A stretch of DNA of 42,709 nt. It comes from a virus. Its lineage: Duplodnaviria > Caudoviricetes. The notes beneath the pieces are model-generated. The model was given only the letters and a program-made list of their open reading frames with translations, did no database searches and was not told where the DNA came from. Location: positions 1 through 42,709 of IMG/VR virus record IMGVR_UViG_3300049828_000234; one strand, 5' to 3'. The translations under genes were made by a program, and so were the position numbers. This document shows, piece by piece, positions 26,434 to 33,525 of this stretch (within the stretch, counting starts at the first letter, position 1; every line of letters begins with the position of its first letter).

Positions 26434-28233
26434 GTGGCCGACAACGTAGCTATTACCGCTGGAGTAGGGACATCCATCCTGACGGATGACTGCACGACCG
26501 GGCACGCGCAGATCGTCAAGCTGGCCATCGCCACCGATGGCAGCGCGACGCTGATTCCTGCAGACGCCACCAACGGTATCGACGTTGATGTGACGCGCCT
26601 GCCGGGATACCTGACCGACACCTTCGGAAAGCTCAACACGGTCGGCGCGCTCAACGACATCGACGTGCAGTTTTTCCGTGACGACCCGGCCAATCTGGTG
26701 ACGGTCACAAGCGCCAACGGCGGCACGGCGACGCGCACAACGGGCTTGATGCAGCTGGCGACCAGCACCGCCACGAACGGCTCGATCACGACCGTATCGC
26801 GCGATACCGTGATGTACCGCTCCGGGGGCGAGGTGTTCGTCTTGTTCACCACGGCCTTCCTTGATGGTGGAGTTGCCGGTTGCAATCAGCGGATCGGGTT
26901 GTTCGACGCCAACAACGGATTCTTTGTCGGGTACGAGGGGACCAGCTTTGGCATCGTCGCGCGTACTGGTGGAGTCGATGGGTCACAGGTTGCTAAAGCA
27001 TCCTGGAACGGCGACCAGCTGACGGCCGCGGCGGGTTCGAGGTACACGCGCGGGGGTACGCCGGAGGCGGTCAACTTCGCACTGCTGAACGTTTGGCGTC
27101 TGCGCTTCGGCTGGCTCGGCGCTGCGCCAGTGAAGCTCGAGATTCTGTCGCCTGACGGTGAATGGGTGGTATGCCACACGATTAGGCAGCCAAACCTTTC
27201 CGCGACGCCTTCGATTCAGTCCACCGATCTGCCCATGCGGGCCGAGTTGGTCAAGACCAGCGGCGCGACAACGGTGCGCCTTAACACGGCGTGTTGGGGT
27301 GCAGGCGTCACCTACACCAACGTGGACATCGTTGGCTCCGGCACGCTGGGCACCGCGGCGAACTCCGTCATCAACTACCAGACCCAGGGCACTAACAGCC
27401 TGCTGCTTCGGTGCAGCACGTCAACGACGGGCACGGCGATCATCGAAGGAACTGCCAACGGGGCCGATTGGGTGACGATGCCCAACGTGTGGCTGGTCGG
27501 AGCTGCTGGTTCACCTGACACAGTAGTTTCTGCCGCGTTTACACCTACTGCGGCGAACGTCTACAGGGTGCCGGTGGGCAACATGCGCGCGGTGCGCGTT
27601 CGCACGGCGACGACGCTGGGCGCTGGCACTGTGTTCCATGTGCAAGGCGAAGCCGGCTCTACGATGGTTGGATTCTCCGGTGCAGGAATTGGCAAGGTCG
27701 AGGGTGGCGTCGCGCACGACGGCGTAGACGCGGGGCCTCCCGTCAAGGTGGGGATGCGGGCAGTCGCGCACGGCACGACTCCGACCGCCGTCGCCGCTGC
27801 GGATCGCACTGACTGGTACGCAAACCGGGCCGGCATCCCCTTTGTAATGGGTGGGCACCCAAACATCCAGTCTGCCGAATACTTCGCCTCAACCGCTGCC
27901 ACCGATGACAACATCCTCCCGGCAATCTCCGCCGGCACAATCTACGTCATCACCTGCATCACCGTTGCTTGCTCGGCGGCGAACGCGACAACCCCATCGG
28001 TGCGGATAGGTTTCGGCACAACGACGGTCCCGGCGCAAGGCACGAACCAAGCCGATGCGGTCGGAAAGGTTGTGTTGTCGCATCCAGGCATACCGGCCGG
28101 CTCCGGCATCGTCAAGGGCAACGGGTCAGGCATTGTCGGCATCGGTGGAGACGGCGAAGAACTGCGCATTACCTGCACCACGCCCACCACCAGTCTTATC
28201 GTTCAGGTGGACTACTACACCATCGCGTCGTGA
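26434..28233 (+). CDS. Multi-domain putative fibre/adhesin protein
   Basis: GTG start; MADNVAITAG N-terminus; lectin-like middle (LRFGWLGAAPV); VAHDGVDAGPPVKVG; beta C-terminal domain. Confidence 0.6.
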   Translation: MADNVAITAGVGTSILTDDCTTGHAQIVKLAIATDGSATLIPADATNGIDVDVTRLPGYLTDTFGKLNTVGALNDIDVQFFRDDPANLVTVTSANGGTATRTTGLMQLATSTATNGSITTVSRDTVMYRSGGEVFVLFTTAFLDGGVAGCNQRIGLFDANNGFFVGYEGTSFGIVARTGGVDGSQVAKASWNGDQLTAAAGSRYTRGGTPEAVNFALLNVWRLRFGWLGAAPVKLEILSPDGEWVVCHTIRQPNLSATPSIQSTDLPMRAELVKTSGATTVRLNTACWGAGVTYTNVDIVGSGTLGTAANSVINYQTQGTNSLLLRCSTSTTGTAIIEGTANGADWVTMPNVWLVGAAGSPDTVVSAAFTPTAANVYRVPVGNMRAVRVRTATTLGAGTVFHVQGEAGSTMVGFSGAGIGKVEGGVAHDGVDAGPPVKVGMRAVAHGTTPTAVAAADRTDWYANRAGIPFVMGGHPNIQSAEYFASTAATDDNILPAISAGTIYVITCITVACSAANATTPSVRIGFGTTTVPAQGTNQADAVGKVVLSHPGIPAGSGIVKGNGSGIVGIGGDGEELRITCTTPTTSLIVQVDYYTIAS

Positions 28234-28242
28234 GGCTGAACC

Positions 28243-28962
28243 GTGGCAACTGGCACCGACGCAGGCGGGACATGGAACACCACCGCAGGCAATAAGACAG
28301 TCACGGCGACGCCTGCTGTGAATGACCTGATCGTGGTGGTTCACGGCATGTCGGGATGGGCCAGCGGGGACATCTCCACAATCACCGACAACAACTCGGG
28401 TGGTGGCGGAACCTACACGCGGATCGGGACGGCTACGGTTCCGCTGTCTACAGGCGGCGGCACGGCCTGCGCGCTTTGGTTTTCTGTGCGCAACGCGTTG
28501 ATCAGTTCCGCATCAAGCACCGTTTTTACCGCTACATCGTCAGGGGATACCGGGGGCGGGTTGACGGTGCTGCGGTTTAGCGGAATGACACGCACCGGCC
28601 CGCTTGCCATCCGGCAGAGCATGGGCCAAAGCAATCAAACCGAAAGCCCACCTTCGATATTGATGTCGGGAGACTCCAAAGAAGGGAACCCGATCATTTT
28701 GGCAATCATGGGCGAGGACAATCCCGTCGCGGTCACTCCGCCAGAGGGCGCAGGTTTCACACTCGCGGATGACACTGGATGGGCAACGCCGACCACAGGC
28801 ATACAAGTCGCGTGGACAAACGACTATGGAAACGTCGCAAACTATGCGTGGACTGGCGGCGCGCTTACAGACCATAACGAAATCATCGTCGAACTGGATG
28901 CAACAGCGGTTTCTGTCAAAGACCTGATTCTCGGCTCCGGCATCTTGCCAAGGGCACGGTAA
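28243..28962 (+). CDS. Hypothetical beta-rich virion protein
   Basis: GAGG RBS, GTG start; TPAVNDLIVVV...ITDNNS; Thr/Gly-rich. Confidence 0.6.
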   Translation: MATGTDAGGTWNTTAGNKTVTATPAVNDLIVVVHGMSGWASGDISTITDNNSGGGGTYTRIGTATVPLSTGGGTACALWFSVRNALISSASSTVFTATSSGDTGGGLTVLRFSGMTRTGPLAIRQSMGQSNQTESPPSILMSGDSKEGNPIILAIMGEDNPVAVTPPEGAGFTLADDTGWATPTTGIQVAWTNDYGNVANYAWTGGALTDHNEIIVELDATAVSVKDLILGSGILPRAR

Positions 28963-31485
28963 ATGTCGCTGCTCCTGCTTTTCACGAGCGGGGCGGCACC
29001 TGAACCCGCCGGCGGGTTCAGCTCGCCGGTTGCCCTATGGCCGCATGGCCTAGGAAAACTCAGCACGGCCACGCATGCCGCGACCGGCGCGCTCAGTGCG
29101 CAGGCAGCGACCGCGGCCGGCACCGCCTTAACGCAGTCAACCGCAACCGGCGCACTTAGCGCCGCATCGGCGAGCGTTGCAGGCGCCGCAGTAAGAACGC
29201 ACCTATTCGCGGCGACTGGTGCGCTTACCGCGGATGCTTCCACGGTTGCCGGAACTGCTGCGGTTGGATCAGTCTCGACGGGCGAGCTTGTTGTATCCGC
29301 TGCGACCGTTTCAGGCTCGGCGACGCACTACACGCTGCACACGTCGAGCGGCTCGCTTGTCGTCGATTCCGCTCTACTTGCCGGCGTAGCAGCGCATTCG
29401 ACGACGTCGGCCGGCTTCACATCTGCGGTCGCCCTGTGGCCGTATGGTCTAGGCAAAAGCACCGCCACCCATGAGGCGACTGGCGCTATTGCCGCAAGCG
29501 CTGCGCAGGTTGCTGGCTCGGCGGCGCACTACCTGCTGCACGCTTCGACTGGCGCGCTAAGTGCGTCCTCCGCCGCGGTATCCGGCGCCGCCCTAACGCA
29601 GTCAACCTCTACCGGCGCACCTGCGGCACAGAGTGCGGCCATTTCCGGCGCGGCGGATCATCGGACGCTGCACACCAGCACCGCGGCGCTGACGGCATCC
29701 TCCGCAACGGCGAGCGGTTCAGCATCGACAAGCCAGGTGGCTGTCGGCGCATTGAGTGCTGGCGCAGCGAGCGTTGCAGGAACGTCGGCCAGGCTCGCGC
29801 TGCATACGTCTACCGGCGCGCTATCGGCGCAGTCTGCAACGGCCGCGGGTAGCGCGCTTACGCAATCGACATCAACCGGCGCGCTGTCGGCCCAGGCTTC
29901 GCAGATCACCGGCACCGCAGCCCACTACACGCTGCACACCAGCACCGGGGATCTGGTTGCGGGTAGTGCATCAGTATCTGGCGCCGCCACGTCGCTGCAA
30001 GACGCTACCGGAGCGCTGGCGGCTCAATCGGCGTCTGTCAGTGGCACAGCGGCGCATTACACGCTGCACGCTTCCACGGGCTCGCTCTCTGCTGATGCGG
30101 CTTCTGTCGCTGGCACAGCACAAGCGCCATTTACTGCGACCGGCGCGCTATCCGCTCAAGCTGCGCAGATCAGCGGCACGGCGGCGCACTACGTCCTGCA
30201 CACCACGACGGGCGCCCTGGTCGCGTCAGATGCCACGGTTTCAGGTTCCGCGACATCGCTGCAGGATGCGACGGGCGCACTGGCGGCACAGGCCGCGACG
30301 CTATCAGGCACCGCGCTGCGCTATGCCGTCCATAGCTCGACGGGCGCACTGTCTGCGGATGCCGCGAGCATCTCTGGAACGGCCGTTATCGCCACGCTGG
30401 CAGGTTTCCGCTCTGCGGTGGCGCTGTGGCCCTACGGTTTCGGCCTTGGGGCCTCCACGCACCCGTCAAGCGGCACCCTGACCGCGGACAGCGCGACGGT
30501 ATCGGGTGCGGCTGAATTGCTTTCCGGCGCGATGGCGCCAGGCTACCCGTTCAGCATTCCGCCGGCCTGGTACGCAGATCCTGGCTTTGCTTCCATTTGG
30601 GGCCGTGGCCAGGAGGGCATCCCAGTATCGAATCGGGTTGCCCTGTTTTCCTCCGAAGGCGTCCTAGCGGCATCGGCTGCACAGGTCAGCGGCACGTCAG
30701 CCAGGACGGCCACGCATGCGGCCACTGGCGCGCTGTCGGCAGATGCTGCGACGGTGACGGGCAGTTCGGATCGCACCGCTGCCGAAAAGACTTCCACCGG
30801 CTCGCTATCGGCAGATGCCGCCACCGTATCCGCAACAGCAGACCATAGAACGCTGCATTCCTCGACTGGCGCGCTCGAGGCTGAAGGCGCATCGGTGGCG
30901 GGTACTGCCGACCACAGGACGCTGCACACTTCGACGGGCGACTTGTCGGCGCAGTCTGCAGCCGCCGCCGGAGCGGCCGAGCGCTTCGCGCCTTCCCACG
31001 ACGCCACAGGCAACCTAAGCGCCCAGGCGGCGGCGGTCGTTGGCGCAGCCATTCGGTTTGCTTTCCACGACTCGGCCGGGAATCTTGCGGCCTCGAGCGC
31101 GACGGTTTCCGGCGCTGCGGTGCGCTTCAGCGTCCACGATTCCGAGGGCGCGATTCAGGCCGGTCCGGCGTCGGTTTCCGGGTCATCAGCTGCGAATTCC
31201 GATCTGGACGCAAGCGGCGCGCTGGTCGCAGGGTCGGCGATCGTTTCCGGCTTCGCGGCTGTCATCAGCCCGCGCGCCGCTGCGGTTTGGGATCTGGTGC
31301 TATCGAACGGCCTGACTGCAGGCGCGAATCTTTCCGAAGCGCACACTAACGCGCTGGAGCTTTACAGACTGCACGGGCTGGAGGCCGGCACGCCGCTAGT
31401 GACTACTGCCGAATCGAGGCAAGCCGGTGCCATCGCGCAGACCATCAGCGACCTGGACGGAACCGTAACGGTGCAACGCATATGA
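28963..31485 (+). CDS. Ala/Ser/Thr-rich repeat protein (~29 x 21-24 aa), putative fibre scaffold
   Basis: Repeat consensus H-x-S/A-TGALxAxxAxVSGxA counted by eye; three FxSxVALWPxG inserts; distinct C-terminal domain. Confidence 0.75.
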   Translation: MSLLLLFTSGAAPEPAGGFSSPVALWPHGLGKLSTATHAATGALSAQAATAAGTALTQSTATGALSAASASVAGAAVRTHLFAATGALTADASTVAGTAAVGSVSTGELVVSAATVSGSATHYTLHTSSGSLVVDSALLAGVAAHSTTSAGFTSAVALWPYGLGKSTATHEATGAIAASAAQVAGSAAHYLLHASTGALSASSAAVSGAALTQSTSTGAPAAQSAAISGAADHRTLHTSTAALTASSATASGSASTSQVAVGALSAGAASVAGTSARLALHTSTGALSAQSATAAGSALTQSTSTGALSAQASQITGTAAHYTLHTSTGDLVAGSASVSGAATSLQDATGALAAQSASVSGTAAHYTLHASTGSLSADAASVAGTAQAPFTATGALSAQAAQISGTAAHYVLHTTTGALVASDATVSGSATSLQDATGALAAQAATLSGTALRYAVHSSTGALSADAASISGTAVIATLAGFRSAVALWPYGFGLGASTHPSSGTLTADSATVSGAAELLSGAMAPGYPFSIPPAWYADPGFASIWGRGQEGIPVSNRVALFSSEGVLAASAAQVSGTSARTATHAATGALSADAATVTGSSDRTAAEKTSTGSLSADAATVSATADHRTLHSSTGALEAEGASVAGTADHRTLHTSTGDLSAQSAAAAGAAERFAPSHDATGNLSAQAAAVVGAAIRFAFHDSAGNLAASSATVSGAAVRFSVHDSEGAIQAGPASVSGSSAANSDLDASGALVAGSAIVSGFAAVISPRAAAVWDLVLSNGLTAGANLSEAHTNALELYRLHGLEAGTPLVTTAESRQAGAIAQTISDLDGTVTVQRI

Positions 31486-31706
31486 CAGACGAAGAATTTG
31501 CACAGCAGGTGTTCGCGGTTGAGATCGACGGCATGCAGGCCGGCACGATGCTCGTGGCACTGCGTACCTACGTCAACGAACTGCACCAGATCCACGCGCT
31601 CAAGACCGGCAGCGCGCTGACCATTACCGAAACGCTGCGCCAGGTAGGCGCCATCCAGCAATCAATCGCCGAGGTTGACGGTCAAGTGACCGTCGAAAGA
31701 GTCTGA
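31482..31706 (+). CDS. Stand-alone paralog of the C-terminal domain of 28963-31485
   Basis: ELHQIHALKTGSALTIT...RQVGAIQQSI...DGQVTVERV vs ELYRLHGLEAGTPLVTT...RQAGAIAQTI...DGTVTVQRI. Confidence 0.75.
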   Translation: MTDEEFAQQVFAVEIDGMQAGTMLVALRTYVNELHQIHALKTGSALTITETLRQVGAIQQSIAEVDGQVTVERV

Positions 31707-31924
31707 TGCTGAACCCGCGCGCAATCGCAATGCAGGGCCTGGGGCGCACATCGCGCTTGGTGGCCGTGCAAGGCCTATGGCCAGCGCCTGCATTCGGTGG
31801 CGGTGGCTACGGCAGATTCCGCGTGCCTGATGACCTGATCGACGCACAGCGCCGGATGCAGATGGGCGCCGACGAACTTCTCCTTCTCATTGCCGGCGCT
31901 GTGGCAACCGGAATGCTGCACTAA
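31706..31924 (+). CDS. Small hypothetical protein
   Basis: TGATG coupling; MLNPRAIAMQGLG...VAVQGLWP. Confidence 0.6.
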   Translation: MLNPRAIAMQGLGRTSRLVAVQGLWPAPAFGGGGYGRFRVPDDLIDAQRRMQMGADELLLLIAGAVATGMLH

Positions 31925-31928
31925 CCCT

Positions 31929-32375
31929 ATGCGTTCGACACTTCACTCGATTTCAGCGCGGGCGCTCATCGTCGCTGCATCGCTATGGACAGCAGGCCTG
32001 CAACTATTCAGCCCGACATCGCTCGCCTATCGCGCGGCTGGCGACAGCGTACTGATCGATCTTGTGAATTGCGCTGTGCTCGCGCTCGGCGGGCTGGCCG
32101 CAGCCGACCTGATATGGCGCGACATTCTCGGCCTCGGCCTGATCTGGCCTAGTTTCGATGAGCACAAGCGGCATCACATCTGCGTAGCGACCTACACCGC
32201 GCTCGCTGGAGCCTTTGCCATGCGTGCATTCATTTCCGCTGGAGGAGAAACATCCACAGTGCTGCAGGTGGGAACGTATTACCTGCTTGTCGCGGCTGGA
32301 ATCGCGGTAGAGGCGGCAGCAATAGCCAACGAAGAACGGGACTATCCATGCCGCACGCACTCAGAAAACGCTTAA
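31929..32375 (+). CDS. Membrane protein (~4 TM), lysis-region
   Basis: ATG 31929; four hydrophobic segments. Confidence 0.6.
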   Translation: MRSTLHSISARALIVAASLWTAGLQLFSPTSLAYRAAGDSVLIDLVNCAVLALGGLAAADLIWRDILGLGLIWPSFDEHKRHHICVATYTALAGAFAMRAFISAGGETSTVLQVGTYYLLVAAGIAVEAAAIANEERDYPCRTHSENA

Positions 32376-32749
32376 GGCGCATTGTTGCGGCTTACCTCTT
32401 GGCCAGCTACGGATTGGCCTGGGCGGCGATCGAGTCGGTAGCGCCCGAGCTTTCATCGCTGCCGTGGGCGCAGGCCCTGATCGGCTGCGGCGTGTCCTGG
32501 ATCGGCGGATTCGCGGCGAGTCTCGGGCGCATGGTGACGGCGGCCTATGAGTCGCGGCAGTTTCGTCACGCGCACGAATTTGGCAGGGATGGCGCCGTCT
32601 CCGTCGTCATCGGTCTATCCGGTTATTGGGGCGGGATGTCGCAGGGCATCAGCCCGGCCATGCTGGCAATGATTCTTCTGCTCGGTGGCTATGCAGGCAC
32701 GCGCACCCTAAGCGTGTGGGTTGATCGTGTCCTTACGCCGAAAGCATAA
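32348..32749 (+). CDS. Holin-like membrane protein
   Basis: 3-4 hydrophobic segments; C-terminal LLGGYAGTRTL resembles holin C-termini; end of late operon. Confidence 0.55.
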   Translation: MPHALRKRLRRIVAAYLLASYGLAWAAIESVAPELSSLPWAQALIGCGVSWIGGFAASLGRMVTAAYESRQFRHAHEFGRDGAVSVVIGLSGYWGGMSQGISPAMLAMILLLGGYAGTRTLSVWVDRVLTPKA

Positions 32750-32750
32750 A

Positions 32751-32963
32751 GTGAAGCCGATAGACACCACCACGGGGCAGCAGTGCGGCGCCGTGCCAGT
32801 CATGGACGACCGCGCGCCTGTCCTGGTCGGATGGCTGGCCACGCACGTCGATGGCACGCAGGCCAGGCTCGGGCTGGATCGCGCGAAGGCCGACCACTAC
32901 GCTGCAACGCATCACGCCACCATTGAACCGATGTACGTCTGGCGGAATGTTCCGCAGACATGA
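32751..32963 (+). CDS. Hypothetical protein
   Basis: GTG 32751 directly after holin-like stop (alternative ATG 32802). Confidence 0.45.
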   Translation: MKPIDTTTGQQCGAVPVMDDRAPVLVGWLATHVDGTQARLGLDRAKADHYAATHHATIEPMYVWRNVPQT

Positions 32964-33060
32964 GGCAGTGGGGGGGTGCTCAGTCCCATGACTCGCGCTT
33001 GGTTGCGCCGCAACGTCTGCACTTCAGGTCGTGATATGTGACGCCTTGCTGCGTGATGTC

Positions 33061-33399
33061 TCAATAGTGCTTACATTCCGTCTTGTCCAGTCGCGCCAAA
33101 GCCAGCTCGTCACTGTAGGCAACCGGGTAACGGACTTCGAGCTTCGCCACGTTCGCGGCTATAACTTCGTCCCTGGTGACGCCCAGGAGCCCGCGCAGGG
33201 CTTCCATGTACCACTCGATATCGCCAAGCTCCTCGATTGCGTTGGATCGGTCTAGGGGCTTGCCGTACACCCACAGCTTCTTGACGGCATCCAGCAGTTC
33301 CCCGGCTTCACCAGAAATGCCTACCGCGCAATGCATAAGCCCATCGTCCCCGGTGTGGCGTTTGGTGAACCTGGCGGCGACGAAATCGGAGTAGTTCAT
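33061..33399 (-). CDS. mazG: MazG-like nucleotide pyrophosphohydrolase
   Basis: GAGG RBS, ATG 33399; GISGEAGELLDAVKK...EELGDIEWY...NVAKLEVRYP. Confidence 0.88.
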   Translation of the reverse strand: MNYSDFVAARFTKRHTGDDGLMHCAVGISGEAGELLDAVKKLWVYGKPLDRSNAIEELGDIEWYMEALRGLLGVTRDEVIAANVAKLEVRYPVAYSDELALARLDKTECKHY

Positions 33400-33413
33400 T
33401 CGATCCTCATTAG

Positions 33414-33522
33414 TTGGTGGCTTACCCGGCGCAACTCGGGCTATCTGCCGTATCTCCACAGACCAGTGCAATGCACTTCGACCTAAATTTAGGTTACGGC
33501 ATCACCCGCATGGGTCAGCCGT
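33414..33522 (-). ncRNA. Possible structured RNA / regulatory element in MTase-mazG intergenic region
   Basis: At least four adjacent stem-loops, including the palindrome ACCTAAATTTAGGT (33481-33494); family not recognised. Confidence 0.3.
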
Positions 33523-33525
33523 TTA

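Noticed and set aside
28963-31485. CRISPR array or non-coding tandem repeat
   Set aside because: The repeats are degenerate at DNA level and conserved at protein level within one open frame.
33061-33063. Genome-wide TGA recoding
   Set aside because: TGA is the normal stop of many genes, often in ATGA/GTGA overlaps, so any read-through would be local.
33414-33490. tRNA gene ending in CCA
   Set aside because: No TTCRA T-loop, D-arm or 7-bp acceptor stem could be built; kept only as a possible structured RNA.
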